A stretch of DNA of 48,872 nt from an uncultured Clostridium sp. (GCA_950059165.1 CATLUC010000002.1:1971-50842), one strand, 5' to 3'. Positions 20,850 to 31,988 are shown, counted from the first letter of the stretch. Notes: generated from the letters alone by a model not told the origin. Numbers and translations: made by a program.

Positions 20850-21773
20850 TCATTTTCTTCTGTCTACTGCATAGCTACTTCCCATTACAGATTTTGCTGC
20901 ATGTTTTACTTGTGCTCCTACTTCTCCTATTTCTAATATATTTTTAAATCTTCCTTCATCTGATACAACTACTCCTATAGATAAAGATGTTAGTGGAAAT
21001 TGTTCAATTATACCTTTTCTATTGGCTACTTCTATATATCCTTTTTCTAAATCATTTTCTGTAAAATATTTTCCTACATTGTGGTCAAATTGAGCTATTA
21101 TATTTTGGCATAATTTCTCACACACAATCCCTGGAACTAATGCTACAAAATCGTCTCCTCCAATGTGTCCAATAAATGTGTTTTCCATTCCACTTTCATG
21201 TATGCATCTTATTATTGTTTCTGCTGTAAATCCTATAATTTCATCTCCCTTTAGAAAACCATATACATCATTATATGCTTTAAAATTGTCTAAGTCCAAA
21301 TACAAAACACAAAAACTCTCATTCTTCATTATTCTCTTTTTTAATTCTGCATGTATTTGTACATTTCCTGGCAGTCCTGTTAATGGACTTATTCTTCTAT
21401 TTGTTGATAATAATCTGTTTAGGTTTTTTACAGTGTGGTATAAATATTGTTCATCTACTGGTTTTTTTATGAAATATTCTATAGATTCTTGTAGTATTTT
21501 TAGCCTATGTTCTTTTTCTCCTTTAGATGATACTACTATTACTGGTGTTATGGTGTTGTCCTCATCTTTTCTTATTTTTCTACACAAATCGACAACATCA
21601 CGGTCAATAGCATCTTCATTAATAACAATTAATGATGGGATGTTTTTTAATGCAATGTCTATTTGGTCTGTTTTTACACTAGTAAATTTATAGCCTGGGT
21701 CATCTTTAAATAATTCTCTAAAAATAACTATTGATGCATCATCATCATCTATTATATATACATCTTGTATCAT
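20850..21773 (-). CDS. Receiver-like domain fused to a GGDEF-type domain (motif reads GGDDF)
   Basis: IIDDDD acidic pocket, VIVVSS and FIKKP receiver landmarks, then RISPLTGLPGN...LDLDNFKAYND...IGHIGGDDFVALV. Confidence 0.75.
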   Translation of the reverse strand: MIQDVYIIDDDDASIVIFRELFKDDPGYKFTSVKTDQIDIALKNIPSLIVINEDAIDRDVVDLCRKIRKDEDNTITPVIVVSSKGEKEHRLKILQESIEYFIKKPVDEQYLYHTVKNLNRLLSTNRRISPLTGLPGNVQIHAELKKRIMKNESFCVLYLDLDNFKAYNDVYGFLKGDEIIGFTAETIIRCIHESGMENTFIGHIGGDDFVALVPGIVCEKLCQNIIAQFDHNVGKYFTENDLEKGYIEVANRKGIIEQFPLTSLSIGVVVSDEGRFKNILEIGEVGAQVKHAAKSVMGSSYAVDRRK

Positions 21774-21824
21774 TTAAAATTTCCTCCGTTTTTGTTTTTC
21801 TTCATTATATACAAAAAAGCTTGA

Positions 21825-22640
21825 TTATTTCAAGCCTTTTTGTTTCTTTTTTACTCTTTTTTTTCTTATTTCTATTTTTTGGTTTAAAATTTGTGTTATT
21901 TCATTGGTATTTATAGCTGGGAATGCTTTTTTTAGACGATGTACATTTTTATATAAATGTAAAATTGTTCTATTCCTTTTCTTTTTCAAGCTTTCCACTA
22001 ATTGTTGTATACTTTCTGTTGTTGCCACTTTTTCTGTTTTCTCTTCTTTTTCTTTTCTTAACCTTCTAATTTCTTTTAGTTTTTCTTTTATTTCTTTGTT
22101 GATATTTTCTATTTTTTCTAATGTAGACTTCATGTTCTTTACATGTATAATTGATGTAACCATATCTACTATAAATATTGTAAATAATACTGCAACTATG
22201 TAATTTATTAAATTTACATTTATTTTACTTAATATTTCTTGTACAAATGGATGTATATATTTTACAAAAAGTACTCCAAGTACTCCCCAACAAAGTGAAT
22301 TTGTTAAGCAAATTCTTCCTTGGAAATTGATTTTATGGTCAGAATAATCCCAATATTTTGTGTTAAATGTTTTTTCTAAAAACACTCCAACTATATATTC
22401 CCATGCCGTTAATACTACTATTGATATAAAAAACAATAAAATTGGTTTGCTTTTAAATTCTTCTAAGAATAGAAACATAATTGTTGCTCCTATCCCATAT
22501 ATCGGGCAAAACGGACCTTTTAGAAAGCCCGTATTGATTAGTTTTCTTTCACAGATGGATCTTACAATTGATTCCATGACCCACCCTAAAAAGGAATATA
22601 TAATAAAATACGTAATTATCTCTACTAGATTTATATTCAT
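21825..22640 (-). CDS. Polytopic membrane protein (resembles the 'putative ABC-transporter type IV' family) with a basic coiled-coil tail
   Basis: N-terminus FIIYSFLGWVMESIVRSI...GPFCPIYGIGA. Family assignment is from memory only. Confidence 0.45.
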   Translation of the reverse strand: MNINLVEIITYFIIYSFLGWVMESIVRSICERKLINTGFLKGPFCPIYGIGATIMFLFLEEFKSKPILLFFISIVVLTAWEYIVGVFLEKTFNTKYWDYSDHKINFQGRICLTNSLCWGVLGVLFVKYIHPFVQEILSKINVNLINYIVAVLFTIFIVDMVTSIIHVKNMKSTLEKIENINKEIKEKLKEIRRLRKEKEEKTEKVATTESIQQLVESLKKKRNRTILHLYKNVHRLKKAFPAINTNEITQILNQKIEIRKKRVKKKQKGLK

Positions 22641-22735
22641 ACTACCTTCCCTTTATTATATTATAAGAATTTTCTTTGAACTTCCTATAATACAAAGCAT
22701 TTTTATTATGCCACTTTTGTTCTTACTTATGTGTT

Positions 22736-23680
22736 TTACTTGTTTATTTGAGTTGTATAGGTTTGTTCTACATCACTTTCGTTATATGCTATTACTTCTA
22801 TTTTATTTTCTCCATCATTTAATTCATAAGAATATTCAAATTCTTTTCTTTCTTCTAGTTCTAGTACTTGGTCTAAGTTTAATGTATATTTCTTTTCATT
22901 AACTTTGAATTCTATTTTTTTGATTCCTTGTTCATCAGATGCTTTTATGGTGAATTTTCCATCACCTGAATCTACTACTTCTACTTTTGGTTTTGTTACT
23001 CCATTTACTTCTTGTTCTTTAGTTTGGGTTTTATTTTTTTCATCTACCACTATAACTGTTAATTTGTGTAATCCTCTTGGTATTTCTATTGTTTGCTCAC
23101 CTTGTTTTCCTTCAATGTCTACTTTTGTTTCTTCATCTTCATCCCAACGATAAGTCATGTATTGAAGATTGTTTATTCCATTTGCTATTATTTTTAGGTT
23201 GTTTCCTTCTGGTTCAATATTTATATTGATTGCTTCTTCTAGTGTATATACTTGTGTGTATTCAATTTCTTGACCGTTTATGTCAGTTGCCTTTACGGTT
23301 AAAGTGTTTACTCCAGTAGGTATTTCAACTGTTGTTTCTACTTCTTGTTTATTGTTGCATGGAAGTGAAGTCTCTGTTTCACCATTCCAATCATAGATTA
23401 CTTTAGCTAGTGGTTTATCATGTGTTACTTTTAATAGGATTTCTGTTTCAGCTATGTTTTCTACATAAATAACTGGCTTTGTGTTATTTGCTTCCTTTGT
23501 TGCTTCTTTATACATAGAATATGAACCTGAACCTATTATACATATTCCAAATATTAATATGCTAATAACAAAAAATTTTACTACACTATGTATGTCTGCA
23601 GGTCCTCTATTTCTTGTTTTTTGTGTTTTTATTTTTCCCTTTTTTATACTACTATTATCTACACTTAGTATTTGATTCAT
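22736..23680 (-). CDS. Membrane-anchored protein with repeated Ig-like beta modules
   Basis: Basic N-terminus, one TM (FFVISILIFGICIIGSG), then three similar ~80-aa segments (..VEIPTGVNTLTVKATD.., ..IEIPRGLHKLTVIVVD..). Confidence 0.5.
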   Translation of the reverse strand: MNQILSVDNSSIKKGKIKTQKTRNRGPADIHSVVKFFVISILIFGICIIGSGSYSMYKEATKEANNTKPVIYVENIAETEILLKVTHDKPLAKVIYDWNGETETSLPCNNKQEVETTVEIPTGVNTLTVKATDINGQEIEYTQVYTLEEAININIEPEGNNLKIIANGINNLQYMTYRWDEDEETKVDIEGKQGEQTIEIPRGLHKLTVIVVDEKNKTQTKEQEVNGVTKPKVEVVDSGDGKFTIKASDEQGIKKIEFKVNEKKYTLNLDQVLELEERKEFEYSYELNDGENKIEVIAYNESDVEQTYTTQINK

Positions 23681-23852
23681 TTTTAGTCACGTCCCTTTCT
23701 TTTATCTCTTTTGTTAAATCAAAAAGATTATATCATACTGCTTCTAGGTTGTAAATAATTTTAAAGCAATTTTAATATTTTCATATTTTTGCAAAAATAA
23801 AACAGCCGTAATCTAGCAATAATGCTAGTTACAGCTGTTGATTTGTTTGATA

Positions 23853-24131
23853 TTAGTTTTGTGTGTATGGTAAAATAGCAATATGTCTTGCTCTTTTTAT
23901 TGCTATTGTAATATCTCTTTGATGTTTTGCGCATGCTCCAGTTGTTCTTCTTGGTAGAATTTTACCTTTATCATTGATGAATTTTTTTAGTTGTTCTGGA
24001 TTTTTGTAATCTAATACAAAGTTTTTATCGCTACATAATACACATACTTTTTTTCTTTGTTTTCTGAATCTTGGATTGTAGTCCTCATCATAGTTTTTGT
24101 TATTTCTTTTATTTTGTTTTTTGTCAGCCAT
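23853..24131 (-). CDS. rpsR: 30S ribosomal protein S18
   Basis: [33 protein letters not shown]. Confidence 0.95.
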   Translation of the reverse strand: MADKKQNKRNNKNYDEDYNPRFRKQRKKVCVLCSDKNFVLDYKNPEQLKKFINDKGKILPRRTTGACAKHQRDITIAIKRARHIAILPYTQN

Positions 24132-24155
24132 TTTCTTCTTTCCCCCTTTGGCTAA

Positions 24156-24590
24156 TTAGAATGGTAGGTCGTCACTAGAAGATACTTCAAAATCTGACCC
24201 CATGTTACCAGGTGCTGTGTTTCCAAATGTATTTTCGAAATTGCTTGCATCTGCTCCTGCTTCAGCTTCTCTTTTGCTGTCTGCAAAATATGCTTCTTCT
24301 GCTACTACTTCTGTTACATAGTGCTTGGTTCCTTGGTCATCATCCCATGTTCTTGTTTGTATTCTTCCAATTACTCCTACTTGTTGACCTTTCTTAAAGT
24401 ATTTGCTACAAAATTCTCCTAGCTTACTCCATGCTACAATGTTTATGAAGTCTGCTTGCCTTTCTTCTCCTTGTCTTACAAATCTTCTGTTGACTGCTAG
24501 ACTAAAAGAAGCTACTAATGTATTGTTTGTTTGTGTGTATCTTACTTCTGGGTCTCTTGTTAATCTTCCCATTAATATTACTTTGTTCAT
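24156..24590 (-). CDS. ssb: Single-stranded DNA-binding protein
   Basis: MNKVILMGRLTRDPEVRYT OB fold and the C-terminal DDLPF tip. Confidence 0.95.
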   Translation of the reverse strand: MNKVILMGRLTRDPEVRYTQTNNTLVASFSLAVNRRFVRQGEERQADFINIVAWSKLGEFCSKYFKKGQQVGVIGRIQTRTWDDDQGTKHYVTEVVAEEAYFADSKREAEAGADASNFENTFGNTAPGNMGSDFEVSSSDDLPF

Positions 24591-24658
24591 TTTTTATCAC
24601 CTTTCTTTACTCTAAATAAAGGCCCCTATCTTTATTTGATTTTTGCTAATTTTTGTAA

Positions 24659-24943
24659 TTAGTCTTCTTTTCTTACTACGATAAATTTTATTATATCGTC
24701 TGTGATTCTATAAACTCTTTCAAGTTCTTGGATAGAATCTGGTTTTGCTTCAAAGTTGAATAATAGATATGTACCTTCACTGAATTTTTTGATTTCATAA
24801 GCTAATTTCTTTTTGCCCATGTTTTCTACGTTTTCAACTTTTCCGTTTTCATTGATTAATCCTGTAAATTTTTCCTCTAAGGCTTTTAGCCCAGCTTCAT
24901 CTACATTAGGATTAACAATGATAATACTTTCGTATTTATTCAT
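24659..24943 (-). CDS. rpsF: 30S ribosomal protein S6
   Basis: MNKYESIIIVNPNV... Start moved to ATG 24943 because the GTG at 24952 overlaps the GGGAGG RBS. Confidence 0.9.
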   Translation of the reverse strand: MNKYESIIIVNPNVDEAGLKALEEKFTGLINENGKVENVENMGKKKLAYEIKKFSEGTYLLFNFEAKPDSIQELERVYRITDDIIKFIVVRKED

Positions 24944-25062
24944 TATTTTCACCTCCCTTTGGATTATTAACCTACATTTTCTGTAAGTAGAGATTAAAAT
25001 AGCTACACTATTTTTAAAACATAGCTATTTTATCACATTTTTTTCTATTTTGCAAGCGATTT

Positions 25063-25743
25063 TTAAAATTTTAGAAATTGTGCAATTCCTGCTAAATCTT
25101 CATATGTTGTTATTTTTATGTTTGTATAATCTCCATTTATAATCTTAACTTTATAATTTCCTTTTTCCATTAGCATACAATCATCTGTTACCTCTTCATC
25201 TTTGTACATTTCATGCATTTCAAGCAAAGCCTTTCTTTCAAAACACTGAGGTGTTTGTACAATCCATGTATTGCTTCTATTAGTAGTATCTATTACAACA
25301 TCATTTTCATCTGTTATCTTTATAGTATCTTTTGAACGTACCCCAACTGTAACTGCTTTAAATTCTTCCATACCTTTTAAACAAGAATTAATATATTCTT
25401 GCTTAATCGCTGCCCTTGCTCCATCATGAATAATAACAATATCTGCATTTGTTTCCTTTATACAATTGTGTACAGTGTCTTTTCTACTTTTTCCACCTAT
25501 TACAATATTTACTTGCTTATTTAACTTCTCTTTTGAAATAATTTCCTTTACAACTTCAATTTCCTCTTCTTTTGCTCCAATTATTATATTGTCAATAAAA
25601 CCGTTTTGGTTGAATGCCTCTAAACTATATAGCATTACCTCTTTATTTTCAATTTTATCAAAGTTTTTATTTCTATTTTGTCCATATCTTGTACTATTTC
25701 CTGCTACTAAGATAATTGCTGTAACTGTTTTTTCCTCTATCAT
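25063..25743 (-). CDS. ispD: 2-C-methyl-D-erythritol 4-phosphate cytidylyltransferase
   Basis: AIILVAGNSTRYG...IIHDGARA motifs. Its ATGA overlaps the ispE stop. Confidence 0.9.
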   Translation of the reverse strand: MIEEKTVTAIILVAGNSTRYGQNRNKNFDKIENKEVMLYSLEAFNQNGFIDNIIIGAKEEEIEVVKEIISKEKLNKQVNIVIGGKSRKDTVHNCIKETNADIVIIHDGARAAIKQEYINSCLKGMEEFKAVTVGVRSKDTIKITDENDVVIDTTNRSNTWIVQTPQCFERKALLEMHEMYKDEEVTDDCMLMEKGNYKVKIINGDYTNIKITTYEDLAGIAQFLKF

Positions 25744-26592
25744 ATTTTTAGCTCCTTTGCTGAATTATATGAAACACATATAAATGTTTGATACTTGTCT
25801 TTTAAACTATCATAAGCTTTTTTTGCTGTTTGTTTGTTTGGAAATATTCCAAAAACACAAGAGCCTGAACCTGTCATTGAACTTCCGTAATGCTCCTTGT
25901 GTTATTAATTCACTTTTGATATTTTGAATTATATCTTTGTTCGGGATTACATCTTCAAATCTATTATATAAATTCTGTACCAATAATTCTAAATTTTGTC
26001 GTTCTAATGCTAATTTTATATTATTTGTTCTTTCCATATTATAACTCATTTTTTGGCTATCTATCTTTTCATACATTTCTTTTGTACTAAAAGATACTTT
26101 TGGTTTAATTATTACAAGGTAATATTTAAAATTTGTATTAATTGGGTTTATAATTTCTCCTATTCCTTCTACCTTTACAGCCTTATTGTAAAAACAAGGT
26201 GGCACATCTGCCCCTAAATTTTTGCCTATTTCTTCTATTTGTTCTTTAGTAAGCTTTAGTTCAAATAATTTGTTCATTCCTAAAATAAAACTTGCACAAT
26301 CTATACTTCCACCTGCCAAACCTGCTTGCATAGGGATTTTTTTTATTAATTTTACCCTAGCCCCTGTAATTGTTTTACAATTTTCTTTTAAAACTTTATA
26401 TGCCTTTGCAATAATATTTTCTTCTGTTTGCAGTTCTTTTATATTAGTGTCTATCTCTAGTTTTCCAGTTGTAGTCTTTTTAATATATAATTCATCATAT
26501 AAATTAATTTTTTGGAATACTGATTGAATATTGTGATAATTGTCTTTTCTTTTTTCTATTTCTTCTAAATTTTTTATTCTACTGTTAGACAA
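25740..26592 (-). CDS. ispE: 4-diphosphocytidyl-2-C-methyl-D-erythritol kinase. One zero-frame CGG +1 break (extra C at 25887).
   Basis: IPMQAGLAGGSIDCAS GHMP motif. The track ORF ends GALRKFNDRFRLLCFW. Dropping the C gives GALGSSMTGSGSCVFGIFPNKQTAKKAYDSLK...KELKI* (stop at 25740-25742). Confidence 0.9.
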
Positions 26593-27038
26593 ACAAACAC
26601 CATAATCCCATTTCCTTTTCCAAATTCAGTTAGACCCTCTCCTGTTGTTGCTGTTATTCCTACATTTGTTTCTTCTATTTTCAAAATTCTTGCTATATTC
26701 TTTCTCATTTCTTCTATTTTAGGACTAATTTTAGGAGTTAAACATTCAATAGAAATTGAAATATGTACAATACTTTCATTCAAGTATTTTAGAGCTTCTT
26801 TTAAATATTCCTCACTATTAGTTATTCCACTTTTACACATATCATCTGCAACTTTTCCTAATATATTTTTCCCTGTAATTCCTGAAACTGCATTTGTAAC
26901 AGCATGTAAAATGACATCTCCATCACTATTTGCTAATATTGAAAACTTTTCTTTAAAAACAACTCCACCTAAAATAACATCTTGTTCTACATTACTTTTT
27001 TCAATTCTATGGCTATCTTGACCAATTGCAACTTTCAT
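26574..27038 (-). CDS. ispF: 2-C-methyl-D-erythritol 2,4-cyclodiphosphate synthase
   Basis: VAIGQDSHR...SDGDVILHAVTNA motifs. Confidence 0.9.
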   Translation of the reverse strand: MKVAIGQDSHRIEKSNVEQDVILGGVVFKEKFSILANSDGDVILHAVTNAVSGITGKNILGKVADDMCKSGITNSEEYLKEALKYLNESIVHISISIECLTPKISPKIEEMRKNIARILKIEETNVGITATTGEGLTEFGKGNGIMVFVCLTVE

Positions 27039-27082
27039 AATTTATTACCCCTAACTTTTATTTTGGATTTATACTATAATTA

Positions 27083-27967
27083 TTAGTTCTCTATAGACTT
27101 TATAATTTCCTCTAAATCTTGCTTAGAAAATTGATATTTTTGATTACAGAAATGGCATACAAGTTCTGCCTTTTCATCTTGTTCTATAATGTTTTTAAGT
27201 TCTTCTTTCCCTATTGATACTAGAGCTCTTGCCATGTTTTCCTTAGAACAATCACATTGATAAATTGGTGTGATATTTTCTTCTAATATTTGAACATTTT
27301 CGTCTCCTGTTACTTTTTTAGCAATTTCTTCTAGAGATAGTCCCTTGTCTAGCATTTTTGACATAGCACCTGCCTCAAAAATCGCTTTTTCAACTTTTGC
27401 TATTTCCTCTTCTGTTGCATCTGGCATTGGGTTTATTAAATACCCTCCTGCTGATTTTACTCCATTTTTATCTACTAATACTCCTAATGCTACTGCTGAA
27501 TTTCTTTGCTCTGAATTTACAAAATAGTTTGCAAAATCATCTGCAATTTCTCCTGATGTTAAAGGTGAAATTCCTATATATGGGTCTTTTAAACCTATAT
27601 CTTTTATTACATTAATATATCCTTCATAACCTACAGCTTTGCTTACATCCAGTTTTCCAAACTCATTTAAAGGTAGGTCTATTTGAGGATTTACAACATA
27701 ACCTTTTACTCTTGGAAAATTATTTGTTGTTGCTACCATCATTTCAATCGGTCCATTTCCTTTTATTTGTACAGTTAATTTGTCTTTTACACTTTTCATT
27801 TCTATTCCCATAATTGCAGTTATTGTTAGCATTCTTCCAAATGCTGCTGTTACTACTGGACTTAGGTCATGTGTATTTCTTGCCTTTTCTACTAAGTTTG
27901 TTGTGTTACTACATATAACTGATATTTTACCATTATATGCTAAACATTTAATAATTTTATCTTGCAT
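27083..27967 (-). CDS. hslO: Redox-regulated chaperone Hsp33
   Basis: C-terminal zinc centre YQCDCS...VCHFCNQKY. Confidence 0.9.
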   Translation of the reverse strand: MQDKIIKCLAYNGKISVICSNTTNLVEKARNTHDLSPVVTAAFGRMLTITAIMGIEMKSVKDKLTVQIKGNGPIEMMVATTNNFPRVKGYVVNPQIDLPLNEFGKLDVSKAVGYEGYINVIKDIGLKDPYIGISPLTSGEIADDFANYFVNSEQRNSAVALGVLVDKNGVKSAGGYLINPMPDATEEEIAKVEKAIFEAGAMSKMLDKGLSLEEIAKKVTGDENVQILEENITPIYQCDCSKENMARALVSIGKEELKNIIEQDEKAELVCHFCNQKYQFSKQDLEEIIKSIEN

Positions 27968-27982
27968 AGTAATTGTTCTCCT

Positions 27983-28813
27983 TTAATTAAAACTGTTTGG
28001 TTCCATATCAGAACCTGCAAAAAATTCCATATTGTTAATAGTATTCATATCTTCTTTATTTATTTCAAAATCAAATAGTTCTAGGTTTTGCCTCATTCTA
28101 TCTTCATTTTCAGATTTTGGCAGTGGTATTACTTCATTTTGTAAACACCATTTTAAACAAAGTTGTGCAGTTGATTTATTATATTTTTTTGCTATGTTTT
28201 GCAAAGTCTCATTTTGTAACATTTTTCCTTTTCCTAATGGTGCCCATGCTTCTACAACTATGTTTTTTTCTTTGCAAAAATCTATTGTTTCTTTTCGTAT
28301 TAGACCTGGATGAAATTCAATTTGATTAACTGATGGTTGTATTTCGCATTCATCTAAAATAATTTCTAAATGATGTTTTAAAAAATTGGAAACTCCTATA
28401 TTTTTGGCTTTTCCCTCTTTATATATTTTTTCTAATGCTTTCCATGTATCTACATTTAACTTTTTATCATTATTTTTAGGCCAATGTATTAAAAACAAGT
28501 CTATATATTCTAATTGTAAATTCTTTAATGAATTTTCGAATGATTTTAGAGTACTTTCATATCCCATAGAATCTTTCCAAACTTTACTTGTAATAAATAG
28601 CTCTTCTCTATTTATATTACTTGATTTTATGGCTTGTCCGATTTCTATTTCATTTTTATAAGCTGAAGCTGTATCTATATGTCTGTAACCCACTTGTATT
28701 GCCTTTTTTATTACCTCTATACATTCATTACCAATTACCAAAGAAGTACCAAATCCTATACTTGGGATATAATTTCTAGTACACAGTTTTATTTTCTGCT
28801 CGTTATATGCCAT
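27983..28813 (-). CDS. Aldo/keto reductase
   Basis: GFGT...GYRHIDTASAY.NE...FITSKVW...LIHWP...GVSNF motifs. Confidence 0.85.
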   Translation of the reverse strand: MAYNEQKIKLCTRNYIPSIGFGTSLVIGNECIEVIKKAIQVGYRHIDTASAYKNEIEIGQAIKSSNINREELFITSKVWKDSMGYESTLKSFENSLKNLQLEYIDLFLIHWPKNNDKKLNVDTWKALEKIYKEGKAKNIGVSNFLKHHLEIILDECEIQPSVNQIEFHPGLIRKETIDFCKEKNIVVEAWAPLGKGKMLQNETLQNIAKKYNKSTAQLCLKWCLQNEVIPLPKSENEDRMRQNLELFDFEINKEDMNTINNMEFFAGSDMEPNSFN

Positions 28814-28814
28814 T

Positions 28815-29952
28815 CTATTTTCCCCTTACTTCATCATATACATTTAATAATTTATCTAATAGCATTTCTTGTGAATAATTATTTTTAGCATACATTTGTA
28901 AATATTCTTTATCAAATTTCACTTCTTCTTTTAATACTTTTTCAATTTCTGTTGATAATTCTTCTACATTTTCTTTTTCTACTAATATTCCAACATCTTT
29001 TGTTACAAAATCTAGCATACCACCTTGTCTTGTTGCAATAACTGGTGTTCCACAAGCAATTGCTTCTAATGCAACAAGTCCAAAAGCTTCTTCCCTTGAT
29101 GGTACAACACAAACATCAGAAATATTATATATTTTTCTTAAATTCTCATGATCTTGATTTCCTACAAATACTACATTTTTTAATCCTAATTTTTCTTTCA
29201 ATTGGTTAAGTTCTTCATATGCATCGCCTTGTCCAACTATAAGTGTTAGTATATTATCCTTTTCATATATTTTTGCACTATTTAATAATACATCTATTCC
29301 TTTGTTATAGTTTAATCTTCCTACTAAGCAAATGATTTTATCATATTTTTTGTTAATATTAAAGCTGTCTAAAACTTCTTCTTTGTTGCATTTCTCTCTA
29401 TAAAAGACTTCCGGATTGTACCCATTTGGTATTGTAATTATTTTATCTATTATTTTTTTACATTCTTTTGCTGCTTGATTTGCCTGTTTATGAAATTTAT
29501 CGCTTTCACAATATTCTGTTATATCTGGTCCATGACTTGTTATAACAACTGGTATATTATACTGTGTTGCAATACTTGAGTTAACCCATATGTGTCCGTG
29601 AATGAATAACATCTGGCTTAAATTCATGTATTTCTTCTTCTATTGCTTTTCTAAAAGCTTGTTCATATTGTTCCACTTGTAACTCATTCATGTTTCTAAA
29701 TAGAAAGCTACTTCTTGTATGAGCATCCATACATGGAAAATTGAAGTCTAGTTGTCCTTCAATTTTTTCTTCTCTTGTGAAAAATACTGGATGAATTTTT
29801 ACATTATCAATTTTAATTATTTTTGTGGTATTTTCTGGTATTATAATACATACATCATGACCTTTTTGTTCTAAACTTTTTGCAATATTTGTTACATATA
29901 CTCCACTTCCTGATCCTACTAGTGGAAATTGATTTACTAATAATATTTTCAA
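28815..29952 (-). CDS. GT4-family glycosyltransferase. One zero-frame CGG +1 break (extra C at 29598).
   Basis: MKILLVNQFPLVGSGSGVYV...KPDVIHS then, after dropping the C, GHIWVNSSIATQYNIPVVITSHG...VVPSREEAFGLVALEAIACGTPVIA. This joins ORFs 29581-29952 and 28815-29627. Confidence 0.85.
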
Positions 29953-30090
29953 CTTTTTCGCCTCTTTTTCTATATTTTTACAGCAGTTAAATTATACCAC
30001 GTTTACATTTTTTTTGTCAATTTACAAATCTTAAAATTTTCTTTATTTCATGCAACTTATATAAAAAGAAGCTACATAATTTGTAGCCTC

Positions 30091-31340
30091 TTATTGATGT
30101 ATTTCAAACATATCTTTTCCGTTCCCCACAAACTGGACAGACCCAATTTTTAGGCAAATCTTCAAAAGCTGTTCCTGGCGCTATTCCTGCCTTTTCATTA
30201 CCTGACTTAGGGTTGTATATATATTTACATTGAACACACTCATATCTTTGACTTTCCACCTTTTCTGCCTGAAAGTTTTTATATCCTAAACCTAAAGCCA
30301 CAATTACCATTAATAAAAATGATAATGCTTTCCATATTCCACTTTCTAGCATAATAATTGCAAACATTCCGAAAAGTTGCTGCAATTCCATATAAAATTA
30401 GAACTGCTTGTTTTTGACTAAACCCTCTTGCAACAATTAAGTGATGTAAATGCCCTTTGTCTGCTTTGAATATAGCTTTTATCGATTTACCTTTTATTAA
30501 TCTTCTAATAATTGCCCAAATGGTATCAAATATTGGTAATCCTAAAGCTAATAATGGCAATACTATAACTACTGCTGTATAGGTTTTTGCAACTCCTAAT
30601 ATTGATATAATAGATAGTGAAAATCCTAAAAAGTTTGAGCCAGTATCTCCTATAAAAGTTTTTGCTGGTGCAAAATTAAATGGCAAAAATCCTACTAGGG
30701 CACCTGCTAGGGCTGTGATTAATAAAATAGAGATAAGTGGTGAGCTGTTAAGCAAAAAAATTATTAATAAAGATACTGCTGATATTACTGAAATTCCTGC
30801 TGATAATCCATCTAACCCGTCCATTAAATTAATTGCATTTGTTACACCTACAATCCAACCTATTGTTAAAATAATTGAAAATGCTTCTTTTAGCTCTTCA
30901 GTATGAAGAAAAGCTGGTGTTATTTCATTGATTCTTACTCCAAATGACACTGCAATGATGGCTGCTAATGTTTGTCCTGCTAATTTTACAATTGGCTTTA
31001 TTGTAATAATATCATCTACTATACAAAAACACGATATTACTATTATTCCTAAAAACATACCTAGTAATTTCATACCATATTGTTCTATTCCAAATAAGTC
31101 TATTTTATGTTCTAGGTTCATTACAATTAATAAATAGATAACAGCTACTAAAAACCCTAATATAACTGCTGGTCCTCCAAATTTAGGCATGGCTCTTTTA
31201 TGCATTCTTCTTTGGTCTTTTGGTACATCTACAGCTCCTACTTTTCGTGCTAATTTTATTGTATATGGTGTTGCCATAAAAGTTACAATAAATGCTAATA
31301 GAAAAGCAATTGCTATATCGCCCCACATATTTCCCAACAT
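30091..31340 (-). CDS. WecA/TagO-type polyprenyl-phosphate GlcNAc-1-P transferase fused to extra TM helices and a C-terminal rubredoxin domain. Two zero-frame CGG +1 breaks (extra C at 30371 and 30121).
   Basis: VGVTNAINLMDGLDGLSAG and IGDTGSNFLGF (MraY/WecA family). After the first break: AATF-GMFAIIMLESGIWKALSFLLMVIVALGLGY...YECVQCKYIYNPKSG...PGTAFEDLPKNWVCPVCGE. After the second: GKDMFEIHQ* (compare Clostridium rubredoxin CPLCGVGKDQFEE). Confidence 0.85.
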
Positions 31341-31352
31341 AAATTTTGCCTC

Positions 31353-31799
31353 CTATTTCATGTTTTCCTTTTCTATTTCCTCTATTATTTTTATTCTTTC
31401 TTCATGTCTTCCACCCTCAAATTCTGTCGCAAGCCACATTCTTAAAATGCAAATTGCTTCATTTACTGTTACTGTGTCTGCTCCTATTGCTAAAATATTT
31501 CCATTATTGTGTAATTTTGAATATTTAGCAGTAAATTCATCATGACAAAGTGTACATCTAATTCCTTTAAATTTGTTTGCAGATATACACATACCAATTC
31601 CTGAACGACATATTAATATTCCTTGTTCACACTCGCCTGATTGTACTTGTTTTGCAACTTCTTTTGCAATGTTTGGATAGTCTACCCTTTCTTCACTAAT
31701 ACAACCTAAGTCTTTATATTGAATTTCTTTTTCGTCTAAATATTTTTTTATCTCTTCTTTTAATTTGTAACCACCATGGTCACTTCCAATTGCTATCAT
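31353..31799 (-). CDS. rpiB: Ribose-5-phosphate isomerase B
   Basis: MIAIGSDHGGYKLKEEI...ILICRSGIGMCISANK. Confidence 0.9.
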   Translation of the reverse strand: MIAIGSDHGGYKLKEEIKKYLDEKEIQYKDLGCISEERVDYPNIAKEVAKQVQSGECEQGILICRSGIGMCISANKFKGIRCTLCHDEFTAKYSKLHNNGNILAIGADTVTVNEAICILRMWLATEFEGGRHEERIKIIEEIEKENMK

Positions 31800-31988
31800 A
31801 TCTTTTACTCCTTTTATACAAAATTTATTAATGTTTTTTCCTTTATGTTTGTGATTTCCTATTCATAATATCACAAAATTTTGGCTATTACAATAATTAT
31901 TTGCAATTTTGCTTGCTTTTTACAAGAAAATATGTTAGAATATCATATGTTATAGTGTAATATAGACTAAGAGGAGGTGCCTAAGAGA

